Source of the DNA: an uncultured Actinomycetota bacterium | Lineage (GTDB): Bacteria > Actinomycetota > Actinomycetes > Propionibacteriales > Propionibacteriaceae | Length of the DNA stretch: 64,000 bases | NCBI GenBank assembly: GCA_963759635.1 | Contig: CAVXAP010000030.1 | Coordinates: 142,149 to 206,148, forward strand | Reading direction: 5' to 3' | In this document: positions 55,184 to 63,718 of the stretch, piece after piece | Position numbering within the stretch: position 1 is the first letter of the stretch | Layout: each line of letters starts with the position of its first letter | Notes under the pieces: generated by a model | Told to the model about the DNA's origin: nothing | Database searches by the model: none | The model's input: only the letters and a program-made list of their open reading frames with translations | Made by a program: the position numbers and the translations under genes

Positions 55184-56059
55184 GTGAATGTTGAAGATCA
55201 GGATCCGCTGGCCGACCGGTTCACGGCCTTCCGGCGCGACTACCCCTATCGCGAGACGTCCTGCCGGGGTATGGTGTGGCGCTACCGGACCGGAGGCGCG
55301 GCCGACCGCCCGACAGTGCTAATACTCCCCGGGGGCACGCTGGTTCCGGACCCGCTGTTTGTCGTCGTCCAGGCGCTCGGCCGCCAGTACCGGGTGATCG
55401 CACCCGCCTACCCGCCCGCCGTCACGATGGCCGACCTGGTTGCCGGCGTCACCGCCGTCCTCGACGCCGAGCAGGTTGCGACCGCGCATGTGGTCGGCTC
55501 CTCCTTCGGCGGATACGTGGCCCAGTGCCTTCTGCGTGCCCACCCGGAGCGGGTTGACAGCTTGGTTCTTGCCCAGACTGGTGTCCGGCACTTCATCGGT
55601 CCGGTCCCCCTGGCGTTGCTACACGCCGTGCTGCGCGTGGCACCGGCCGGGCTGGTGCGCTCGTTTACCTGGCGGACCTGGAAGACACTCCTTGCCGACA
55701 TCGGCCCGGACCAGCAGTTCTGGATGGCCCTGCTCCATGACATCCTCGACCACCAACTGACGAAGGCTCACCTGGTCGCCGTAACGGCTGCGATCGGCGA
55801 CTTCGCCGCCCACCACCGGCCTATGCCCGGAGCCCTCGAGTGGACGCGGCCGGTCCTAGTGCTGCAGTCTGAACACGACCGCGCTTTCGCCGTCCAGGCC
55901 AACGAGATCCGCGCCGTCTACCCCACCGCGGCCTTCCACGTTTTCGAGGGCGCGGGGCACGGCGCGCTATTCACCCACACCGATCAATACATCGACCTGC
56001 TGCAGGCGTTCCTGGCCGACCCGGTGGCCTTCGCCGCCGCCTCCCGGGATCCGCAATGA
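55184..56059 (+). CDS. Alpha/beta hydrolase
   Basis: GGAGGTGAGG RBS before GTG 55184. Nucleophile elbow VVGSSFGG and C-terminal GAGHGALFTH. Confidence 0.8.
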   Translation: MNVEDQDPLADRFTAFRRDYPYRETSCRGMVWRYRTGGAADRPTVLILPGGTLVPDPLFVVVQALGRQYRVIAPAYPPAVTMADLVAGVTAVLDAEQVATAHVVGSSFGGYVAQCLLRAHPERVDSLVLAQTGVRHFIGPVPLALLHAVLRVAPAGLVRSFTWRTWKTLLADIGPDQQFWMALLHDILDHQLTKAHLVAVTAAIGDFAAHHRPMPGALEWTRPVLVLQSEHDRAFAVQANEIRAVYPTAAFHVFEGAGHGALFTHTDQYIDLLQAFLADPVAFAAASRDPQ

Positions 56060-56071
56060 GCACACCGAGAC

Positions 56072-56512
56072 TTGCGCCGGATCCCCAATCGCGGACCGGA
56101 AGGCTTGGGAATGCCTTGCTGCTCGACCAAAGCGGCAACAGTCCAGCGTCCACCCGGTGACGTCTTCGAGTTCCTCTCCGACGTCCAAGCTGCGGTCGCA
56201 CCGGGATCGGGGGTTCGAATGATCAAGATCCCGCCCGGACGGACGACCCCCGGCACAGTGTGGCACGAACAGGTCGGGGTGGCGCCAGGGTGCTGGATGC
56301 ACGTTGACAGCGTTGCCGCTGAGGTCGAGGCCGCCTCGGCAAATCGCGATGGACTTTCTAGGCGACCTCGCCGTGACCCGCTGGCTTCCGGGCACATCGC
56401 AGGGAATGGGGCAGTGATCGATGCCGGGTCCCGAGCGACGGCCGGCCCAAGACACTGGATGCTGCCAGCCCATCCCGCGTGTGAGGAAGTGGACCCCGAG
56501 ATCGGGCCTTAG
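56072..56512 (+). pseudogene. SRPBCC-like ORF, probably frameshifted
   Basis: The N-terminal ATVQRPPGDVFEFLSDV is SRPBCC-like. The distal half loses similarity, while an alternative frame reads IAMDFLGDLAVTRWLPGT. Weak. Confidence 0.3.
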
Positions 56513-56517
56513 GGCTC
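56504..56517. promoter_or_regulatory. Degenerate DosR-like box GGGCCTTAGGGCTC, upstream of DUF998 paralog 2
   Basis: 79 nt from ATG 56596, against 77 nt for paralog 1. The downstream CTCTACGCC string is shared with the 33308 site. Confidence 0.25.
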
Positions 56518-56595
56518 TACGCCACCGCCCTCTCTCAGGCCATGTTTAAGGGAAGGATGCTTTTCGTGCCGGGGCGGGCGTCCAGGAGGTGACCG

Positions 56596-57273
56596 ATGTC
56601 AACCACATCTCAGAGCAGCCAGGGGGCGCTCCAAGCCAAATCAACAGGACGGGGGGAGGGTGTACGGAAGGTCCTGCTCGCCTGCGGTGCCCTGTCGGGG
56701 CTGGTTTATGTCGGCTGGCATGAGCTGGCAGCCCTGCAATGGGAGGGCTACAGTCGCGTGTCGAATGCCATCAGCGAGCTGCATCTAACCGGGTCTCCAT
56801 CGAAATGGCTGCTGGATCCGTGGGAGGGGCTCGTCTACAACTCCCTGCTCATCGCCTTCGGGATTGGTGTCTGGCGGTCGGCCCAGGGCAAACGTGCGCT
56901 GCAGGTGGTCGGTGGCCTTCAAATCCTGTGCGGAGCGACGTTGCCGCTGTGGATGTTGTTCGGAGAGGCAAGTCTTGCCGCGCACCTCATCCTCTCCGTC
57001 ATCGGCATCTTGACCATGCTTGGATCGATGGCCTTCAGCGCTGTGGCATTCCGTGGTTGGTTCCGGCTCTACTCCCTCATCAGCCTGGCAGCGGTGGTGA
57101 CGTTCTTCGGTCTGGGCCTGTCGTACGCGCCAGAGGTGAGTGCAGGGCAGCCAACACCCTTCCTTGGCCTAGATGAGCGCATCGCCTTCGGTGCCTACTT
57201 CCTGTGGCTTTTCGTGCTTGTGGCGCTCCTGTGGCGAGGCCGGCAAATCGAGACGATGAGGGAAACGCCATAG
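56596..57273 (+). CDS. DUF998-family integral membrane protein, paralog 2
   Basis: GGAGG RBS. Collinear with 33398-34150 (KVLLACGALSGLVYV..., GIGVWRSAQGKRALQVVGGL, PFLGLDERIAFGAYFLW). Confidence 0.78.
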   Translation: MSTTSQSSQGALQAKSTGRGEGVRKVLLACGALSGLVYVGWHELAALQWEGYSRVSNAISELHLTGSPSKWLLDPWEGLVYNSLLIAFGIGVWRSAQGKRALQVVGGLQILCGATLPLWMLFGEASLAAHLILSVIGILTMLGSMAFSAVAFRGWFRLYSLISLAAVVTFFGLGLSYAPEVSAGQPTPFLGLDERIAFGAYFLWLFVLVALLWRGRQIETMRETP

Positions 57274-57298
57274 CGTTCAGTCGTGCCTTAATCAGCAA

Positions 57299-57316
57299 CC
57301 GCCTCGACGGAGGCGG
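57299..57316 (+). terminator. Hairpin CCGCCTC-GACG-GAGGCGG after DUF998 paralog 2
   Basis: 7-bp perfect GC-rich stem, 26 nt after the stop. There is no clear U-tract. Confidence 0.3.
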
Positions 57317-57395
57317 GCTCTGCCGAAGGCCGGGTGCGGGATTCTGGTCTGACCCGGAAATCTTCTGGAGCCGGGGTGGCCGACAGGGGGACTGG

Positions 57396-58229
57396 ATGAA
57401 GACATTCTTGAGGCGCCTGGGGATCCTCGCCGGGTTGGCGTTTGTTGCCGGCATCGCGGCGGAACTGTGGGGACGTACGGCGTTCCGTCGAGTGGTGCAA
57501 AGTGATGTTCAGATGCTCCTCGCAGGATCCTCCGCAGGAGAGGCGAGGTTCGTCAGCGAGGCGATGCTCGACGGCCTTCCGGAGCCCGTCCAGCGGTATC
57601 TGCGATACACCGGGATCATCGGCAAGCCGTTTGTTCGCACAGTCCACCTCAAACAGAGGGGAAAGATGCTCTTAGCGAGCGGGCGACCCTGGATCCCGCT
57701 AAAGGCCGAGCAGTGGTACGCGGTGCGGCCACCGGAGTTTGTCTGGTACGCCACGCTGCACATTGGCCTCATCCCGATCGTGCGGGCGCGCGACATGTAC
57801 CGGACCGGAGCGGGGAACATGCTTATCAAGGCAGCCTCACTGATCACGGCGGCCGACGCGAAAAGCACGGAGATCGACCAGGGTGAGATGGTGCGCTACC
57901 TCAGCGAGATGATGTGGTTCCCGTCAGCCTTCTTGGAGGACAACGTTTCCTTCGAGGCGGTCGACGCCAGGTCGGCTCGTGTCACCCTCACCGATCGTGG
58001 CAGGACCGCCACCGGCACGCTTTTCCTCGATGCCGATGGCAGATTGATCGAATTCGTGGCGCAGCGGTATGCAAGCAGCAACCTCGAAACGTGGTCCGTG
58101 CCCATCACTGCCTACGGAGAATTCGAGGAGCTAAAGTTGCCGGTTTGTTGCAAAGCAGTGTGGAAGCTCGCCGACGGTGACCAGGAGTACATCGATGTCA
58201 CCATCACCGAGCTCCATCACGAGGACTGA
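57396..58229 (+). CDS. Hypothetical N-terminally anchored protein (DUF6544-like)
   Basis: One N-terminal TM helix (LGILAGLAFVAGIAAEL). The YLRYTGIIGKP and WYATLHIGLIPIVRARD patterns recall DUF6544. The family name is tentative. Confidence 0.65.
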   Translation: MKTFLRRLGILAGLAFVAGIAAELWGRTAFRRVVQSDVQMLLAGSSAGEARFVSEAMLDGLPEPVQRYLRYTGIIGKPFVRTVHLKQRGKMLLASGRPWIPLKAEQWYAVRPPEFVWYATLHIGLIPIVRARDMYRTGAGNMLIKAASLITAADAKSTEIDQGEMVRYLSEMMWFPSAFLEDNVSFEAVDARSARVTLTDRGRTATGTLFLDADGRLIEFVAQRYASSNLETWSVPITAYGEFEELKLPVCCKAVWKLADGDQEYIDVTITELHHED

Positions 58230-58420
58230 ACCAAACCAGGCTGCCACTTGGTCGAGCAGCCCCAGGTTGGCGTGGTCATCGCTGATCTTGGCGGGCGTGA
58301 TCATCGCCGTCGCCACCCGAGGCCGTCTCGGACTCAGGCGACCCCACTCAGATGCCGATCTGCATAGCGAACTGACGCACTGAAGGTCGTCCGCCCAGTA
58401 GCGTGGGCCCCGGTGGCGGC

Positions 58421-59422
58421 TTACCTAAGGTGATGCTCGTGCGCCGTCTTGTCGGCTTCGGTCGGGCCGTGGTCTGGCGTGGCGAGGAACGCCCCCAGCT
58501 CGGCTCGAACACGCTCGGTTTGGCCGAGTCCGAGGTGACCGCCCGACTCCATGCTGACCAGGACGGAGCCGGGGATGCGTTCGGCCGCCTGCTGGGCCGC
58601 GGCGAAGGGGATCATGGGGTCGTCCTCCGCGTGGATGAGCAGTGTCGGTACGCCTAACGCTTCCAGGTGGTAGCTATTGACCTCGGGGTTGGAGACGAAG
58701 GCGTCGAAGATGATGCCGTTCGCTCTGAGGTCCACAGGGAAGATGCTGTCGAGCATCTCCGAGACGAACTGGGCTTGCTCTGCGTCGTGCGGGAAGCCGT
58801 TGGGGACGCCCATCAGCCGGGCCAACATAGGACGATTGAATACCTTGAGCGTCCACATGACCGGATCCCGGTAGAGCTGCCGCGCCCAGCGCGGCGGGGC
58901 GGCGGCCATCGGCGTGCCGGGCAGGTTTCCGGACATGATCACAAGATGCGTCACCCGCTGCGGATGACGTAGAGCAAGCTGCAAAGCCGAGGTCGTGCCA
59001 GCCGAAATGCTGATTACGTCGATCCGGCCTATCCCGAGTCGGTCGAGCAGAGAAACGAACGCGTCCGCCTGATCTGCCGGGGTGGCCTTGATCGGCACGG
59101 GCGATCCGAGGTAGCCGAACCGCGATGGAGCGATGACGCGACGGTCGGCCACCAGGTCGCGTACCGACAGCAGCGCGCCGTCACAGCCGTGGAAGATGCC
59201 GTGGCTGACCAGCACGGGTTCGCCGGCGCCGCGTTCCGCGTACTCGACAGTACCGAACTCGGTTGGGATCGCCTGTCGGTCAACAGCGGCCAAGCGGGCC
59301 CGAGCATCGTCAAGATCACGCCGATAGCGGCGTACGAGACGCCCACCGACACCGGCGAGCGCCACGCCACCCAGTGCCGCCAGAACGACGCGGCGCTGCG
59401 CGACCTTGGCACCAGTCGCCAT
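58421..59422 (-). CDS. Alpha/beta hydrolase with N-terminal TM/signal anchor
   Basis: HGIFHGCDG, the nucleophile-like SISAGT motif and C-terminal SGGHLGLG. 333 aa. Confidence 0.78.
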   Translation of the reverse strand: MATGAKVAQRRVVLAALGGVALAGVGGRLVRRYRRDLDDARARLAAVDRQAIPTEFGTVEYAERGAGEPVLVSHGIFHGCDGALLSVRDLVADRRVIAPSRFGYLGSPVPIKATPADQADAFVSLLDRLGIGRIDVISISAGTTSALQLALRHPQRVTHLVIMSGNLPGTPMAAAPPRWARQLYRDPVMWTLKVFNRPMLARLMGVPNGFPHDAEQAQFVSEMLDSIFPVDLRANGIIFDAFVSNPEVNSYHLEALGVPTLLIHAEDDPMIPFAAAQQAAERIPGSVLVSMESGGHLGLGQTERVRAELGAFLATPDHGPTEADKTAHEHHLR

Positions 59423-59472
59423 GATCTAACCGTGACACCAGGTCCCGACGCCGACCAGAGGACAAGGTCCCG

Positions 59473-59885
59473 GTGAGGTGCATTGCCGTCCATGTACCCC
59501 CGAGTCAGCAGACCCAGACCGCGGATCAAAGGACCGCGCGCTGGTACGCGGTGGCGCTGCTAACCGCCCCGCTATCCGTATCGGCTTCACTGCTTGCGCT
59601 CTCAATAACCTCACCAGGTTCAACCCTGGCATATTTAGCGCGAGCGACAAGGCCTCCGTTCTGCTGTTCGGCATCGTGTCGGGGGTCCTCGTGGGCATTT
59701 TTGAAGAGCTGGGCTGGACGGGGTTCGCTGTGCCTAGGATGACGCCACTCCACGGTGTCTTCAGTACGTTGACGACCGCCTCCGATGGCTGCACGCGATC
59801 GACCGAAGGCGGCTGGTCGATGATCGTGGTTGAAGCCCCCGGCACTGCCAAGGTCGTCGGCAGTCTGGCGCCACGCCATTCTTGA
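59473..59885 (+). pseudogene. CPBP (CAAX-type) intramembrane protease, internal portion with frameshifts
   Basis: Frame 1: RWYAVALLTAPLSVSASLLALSITSPG. Frame 2: FNPGIFSASDKASVLLFGIVSGVLVGIFEELGWTGFAVPRM (the EExxxR-type catalytic motif region). The N-terminus and distal His motifs are missing. Confidence 0.6.
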
Positions 59886-60004
59886 TCCGGCCGCTGACAA
59901 GGCCTCCCTCGGTGTGGGCGGCACTGGCTCGCTGGCCCAGCGTCCCTGATCGCCGTGGGCTATCCCGCCCATTTCCTTGATTGCTGGATCGCCAGCCAAC
60001 TGAT

Positions 60005-60991
60005 TCAGATCTTCGAGAGCGGGGACACCTCGGCAGCATGGCCGAGGGCGAGCAGCCCGAAGGCGTGCTCGATGGTACGGAGCAGCGTGTAGTGGTTGAT
60101 CTTCTGGGCATAGCGGCCCGGGTGGACGTGGTCGCCGAGAATGATCGTCGGTATCGGGTTGACCGTACCGCCCGCGTTCTCGTCGAAGGTAATGACCAGC
60201 CAGCTGTTGTGATGTGTGGCCCAGCGGGCGTAGCGGTCGAGGTGTTTCTTCATCCAGCGGTCACCAGTTCGGACGGAGCAGTCGTGCATGCTGTGGCACA
60301 TGTTCGGGCTCACAAACGACACGGTCGGCAGCTTGCGATAGTCGCGCGGGAAGGAGCTGAACGGCCGGTTAACGCTTGCCGGCAGGTTGGTGAAGTCAAC
60401 CCATGGGTTGTGCTTGCGCTCGTAGCGACCCGATACGCATCCGGTGAAGCCCACCTTGGGCAGTGACTCGGCATATCCGGCGAAGCTGAATCCAGCCGTT
60501 CGGAGCTGATGGCCCAAATTTTCGGCCTTCGGAAACCGCTGCGGGCAGGCATCGCTGGTCACGCCGTGGGTCGACCCCGAGAACAGCGCGAGATAGTTCG
60601 GTTGGCTGGGATGGGTCACGCCGTATGAGCGGGTCAGGTTGGCGCCTCGCGCTGCCAGCTCGTTGAGGTAGGGCGCTTGAGCGCTTCCGATGATGCTGGA
60701 GCGCTGCTCGTTCTCCAAGATCACGACAACGACATGATCTGGCCGTGGCGCCACCGCGCTTTTCTTGCCGCCGGACGGTGGCACTACCGTGCCCGAGCTG
60801 CGGGGGCCCGCCGCCATCCCCGTGGCCGAGGTGCGGGGCGTCGTTGGCGTGGCGGCTGATCGCGGTTCAGCAGCGGTGCAAGCCGAAACCCCGAGCAGCA
60901 ACATCAGGGCGACAGGGCAACCGAGCCATCGGAGGAAGATCGAAAATAGGACTCCTCTGCAAGACTCGAGCACTCGATGCGCACCCTTCAA
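60005..60991 (-). CDS. Phosphoesterase family protein (acid phosphatase / phospholipase C-like), secreted lipoprotein
   Basis: Lipobox LLGVSAC. HVVVVILENEQRSSIIG and HPSQPNYLALFSGSTHG are typical of the phosphoesterase family. Confidence 0.8.
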   Translation of the reverse strand: MKGAHRVLESCRGVLFSIFLRWLGCPVALMLLLGVSACTAAEPRSAATPTTPRTSATGMAAGPRSSGTVVPPSGGKKSAVAPRPDHVVVVILENEQRSSIIGSAQAPYLNELAARGANLTRSYGVTHPSQPNYLALFSGSTHGVTSDACPQRFPKAENLGHQLRTAGFSFAGYAESLPKVGFTGCVSGRYERKHNPWVDFTNLPASVNRPFSSFPRDYRKLPTVSFVSPNMCHSMHDCSVRTGDRWMKKHLDRYARWATHHNSWLVITFDENAGGTVNPIPTIILGDHVHPGRYAQKINHYTLLRTIEHAFGLLALGHAAEVSPLSKI

Positions 60992-61111
60992 CGCGGGCCT
61001 TGCCTCAAGATCGGGTGGAACATCCCGGAACGACGGCGGCGAGATCGCACCGTGCGGCGCCCTTGCGCAGTCATGTCCGGGCTGCTCACCATGAGCGAGG
61101 AATTGGGCATC

Positions 61112-61876
61112 TCATGCCTCTCTGGCCGACATGCTGCTAAGACGGCGCGCGTGAGCTGTTGGCTGGCGGACGGCAAGCACCATGCGGTGTGCGGTGATCA
61201 ACAGGGCGAGCCAGGCCAGGCCAAGGAACCAGGCGAAGATGACGTCGGTGAGCCAATGGTGGCCGAGGAAGATCCGGCTGAACCCCATCGCCGCCGCCCA
61301 GGCGAGAGCCAAGACGACGCAAAGGGCGATGCCGAGGCGGTTGCTGAGCCGCCTCGCGACGAGGTAGGCCACCATGCCAGCGATGACGGTGCTGTTCAGC
61401 GTGTGACCGGAAGGAAAGGAAAACGCGTGCTCGTACGGCGGCACAGCGGCGCTGAGCGGCGGCCGCGGCCGGCCGACGATCGCCTTGCCGACTTTGGTGA
61501 AGGCGAGCGATCCGGCGACCGCGATGATCATCAGGATCAGCGGGGTGACGGAGCGCCATCGCCACACCATCAGTAGCGTGACGGCGCCGGCGATTAGGGT
61601 CATGTAGAGCGGGCCACCAAGATGGGTGAATACGGTGAAAAGCTGATTGGCAAGCGGCGTACGCCAAGCGATCACCTGGTTGAGGGCGGGCTGGTCGAGC
61701 CCCGAGATTCCGTTTTTTTCAGCGACCGCGTCATAGACCCCGGCGCTGGCTGCGGTCAGGCCGAGGATGAGCAGCCCGCCCGCAATGGCAGTGACGGCAA
61801 GGAGGGCGTTCGTCGTGAGGTAGCGCGCGAGCGGTCCTAGGGGGCCGCGGTCAAGGCTGGTCCGGGTAGACGTCAT
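61112..61876 (-). CDS. PAP2-superfamily phosphatase (membrane)
   Basis: KAIVGRPRP, SFPSGHT and SRIFLGHHWLTDV give the three PAP2 motifs in order. Confidence 0.88.
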   Translation of the reverse strand: MTSTRTSLDRGPLGPLARYLTTNALLAVTAIAGGLLILGLTAASAGVYDAVAEKNGISGLDQPALNQVIAWRTPLANQLFTVFTHLGGPLYMTLIAGAVTLLMVWRWRSVTPLILMIIAVAGSLAFTKVGKAIVGRPRPPLSAAVPPYEHAFSFPSGHTLNSTVIAGMVAYLVARRLSNRLGIALCVVLALAWAAAMGFSRIFLGHHWLTDVIFAWFLGLAWLALLITAHRMVLAVRQPTAHARRLSSMSAREA

Positions 61877-61884
61877 GTTCGCGC

Positions 61885-62628
61885 TTACCCCTGTTCGGAT
61901 CGGGGCGGATCGAGGCGGTACCCGTAGCCGCGAAGAGTGGTGACAGTCGGCAAGGAAAGGTCGGAAATGTGGTGACCTTGGGTGGCGTCGCTGAGCTGCC
62001 GACGGAGAGCCGCCATCGTGACATCGAGGGTTTTGGTTGGGCCGTACCAGTTCTCATCCCAGACCTCGCTCATGAGTTCCTCCCGACTGACAGCGGCGCC
62101 GGGGTGGGCAGCGAGAGCGGCTAGGAGATCGAACTCCTTCGGCCGCAGCGTCAGGTCATAGCCGTTGATGTAACAGCGTCTGGAAGTGAGATCGATGGTG
62201 AGCGCTCCTAGCTGGAGGACGGTCTCTGTGGCTGTAGAGATAGGCCGCCGCCGAAGATGCGCGCGAAGGCGAGCGAGCAGCACGGTGAGGCTGAAGGGTT
62301 TGACGAGATAGTCATCGGCGCCGGCGTCGAGGCCGACGATGACGTCAATCTCACTGCTGCGTGCGGTGAGGATGATGAGCAGGATCTCAGGGTTGTCGCG
62401 GCGTATTGTTCGCGCGAGCTCGACGCCATCGAGATCGGGAAGTCCGAGGTCGAGCAGAACGATTCCAGGTTTAGTTTCGGTGACGTGGATGAGGGCGGCG
62501 CCGCCGGTGCGGCACCAGGTCGTCGGGTAGCCGTGGCCTTGGAGACCGAGGCGGAGGTGGTGCCCAATGGTGGGGTCGTCTTCGACGATCAGCACTGCCG
62601 GCAACGGGACCGGGTCCGTCCGGCTCAT
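61885..62628 (-). CDS. OmpR/PhoB-family response regulator (no adjacent histidine kinase)
   Basis: Receiver: VLIVEDD, LLDLGLPDLDG, ILTAR, YLVKPF. The winged-helix output domain ends LRGYGYRL. Confidence 0.9.
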   Translation of the reverse strand: MSRTDPVPLPAVLIVEDDPTIGHHLRLGLQGHGYPTTWCRTGGAALIHVTETKPGIVLLDLGLPDLDGVELARTIRRDNPEILLIILTARSSEIDVIVGLDAGADDYLVKPFSLTVLLARLRAHLRRRPISTATETVLQLGALTIDLTSRRCYINGYDLTLRPKEFDLLAALAAHPGAAVSREELMSEVWDENWYGPTKTLDVTMAALRRQLSDATQGHHISDLSLPTVTTLRGYGYRLDPPRSEQG

Positions 62629-62662
62629 GCGCGCGAGCCTACGCGTACGCCGGTATCAGCTT

Positions 62663-63718
62663 TCATTGCGCCACATGGACATGGTCGAGCCATTGCAGGG
62701 CGTCGGGCAGGTAGCGGCGGTAGTTGCGATAGTTATGGCCGCCGGCCGGGAAGTCCAGGAAGGACACGCCCGGATCGCCGCGGCTCGCCGTCAACATCTG
62801 CCGATTTGCTGGCCAAGACTCCTTGTCCTGCCGACCACAGATCAGCAGCAGTTTCCGCCCGTAGAGCCTGTGCTGCTGATAGAGCCATAGCGGCGAGTTA
62901 CGTCGCCGGGCGGCAGTGTCGCCGTGGAACAAATCGCCGGTCGTACGGTCGGTGATCGGGGTGAAGTAGCCGCCAAGCGACACGGCGGCTTGGAAGTCCT
63001 TGGGTTGGGTGAGCAGTAGCTTCGCGGCACAGAAGGCGCCGGTGCTCCACCCCGCGAGCGACCAGGGTCCTGGCTGGGCTCGCACTTGGCGACCTATGGC
63101 ATTCGGCACCATCGAGGAGAGCCAGGTGTACGCCTGGGGACCGCCCGGAACGTTGGTGCACTCGGTGTCTCGGGGCGGGTTGGTCATGAGTGGCGGGAAC
63201 ACCGCGATGAACGGTTTGACGCGCCCGGCGTTGATGGCGGTGGTAGCTATCTGGCCAAAGTCGTAATGCCGGAACATCACTTCCGGGGTGGAAGGCTGGC
63301 CGGGGAGCACCATCAGCACCGGGAAGGCAGTTGACTTGTATTGCGGCTGCTCGTACTGGGGCGGGAGCCAAACGAGCACCTTACGGGAGTGGTCGGCGGG
63401 TGAGGGACCGGGGACGGTCAACACCTGAATGCGGCCGGCGCCGGGCTGCACGAGTCCGTTGCTGTGGATGGTCGCCTGCTCGGTGCGCACCCCAAACAGG
63501 TCCGACCAGGAGGTGTAGAAGCCGTACTGGTTGTTCACCCATATAAAGAGTGCGGAGATTGCCAACAGTTGGCAGGCGAGAACCGCCGCCAATGGCTGTA
63601 GGGCCGATAGCCAGCCGGTCTTCGTTTTGCGTCGCCACCACCAAGCGAGCAGCACGGGGGCTGCAGCTGCGAACAGGACGACCGCAATCAGCAGCGGGAC
63701 GCCGGTAAGGCTCAGCAC
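62663..63718 (-). CDS. Membrane-anchored esterase (putative esterase / esterase-D-like alpha/beta hydrolase)
   Basis: Two N-terminal TM helices and the nucleophile elbow LAGWSTGAF. The proposed GTG start at 63718 overlaps the upstream stop (GTGCTGA). Confidence 0.75.
   Translation of the reverse strand: MLSLTGVPLLIAVVLFAAAAPVLLAWWWRRKTKTGWLSALQPLAAVLACQLLAISALFIWVNNQYGFYTSWSDLFGVRTEQATIHSNGLVQPGAGRIQVLTVPGPSPADHSRKVLVWLPPQYEQPQYKSTAFPVLMVLPGQPSTPEVMFRHYDFGQIATTAINAGRVKPFIAVFPPLMTNPPRDTECTNVPGGPQAYTWLSSMVPNAIGRQVRAQPGPWSLAGWSTGAFCAAKLLLTQPKDFQAAVSLGGYFTPITDRTTGDLFHGDTAARRRNSPLWLYQQHRLYGRKLLLICGRQDKESWPANRQMLTASRGDPGVSFLDFPAGGHNYRNYRRYLPDALQWLDHVHVAQ

Noticed and set aside
56205-56225. GGGGGTTCGAATGATC, reminiscent of a tRNA T-loop (GGTTCGAAT)
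   Set aside because: The flanking bases do not form a T-stem and no acceptor or anticodon arms can be drawn. The sequence lies inside an ORF. I see no tRNA, and likewise no rRNA, anywhere in the window.
59457-59471. AGAGGACAAGGTCCC between the alpha/beta hydrolase start and the CPBP fragment
   Set aside because: It resembles the 24012 box, but the spacer is one base shorter (13-bp span), so the half-sites are out of register. It may be a decayed site and I do not call it.
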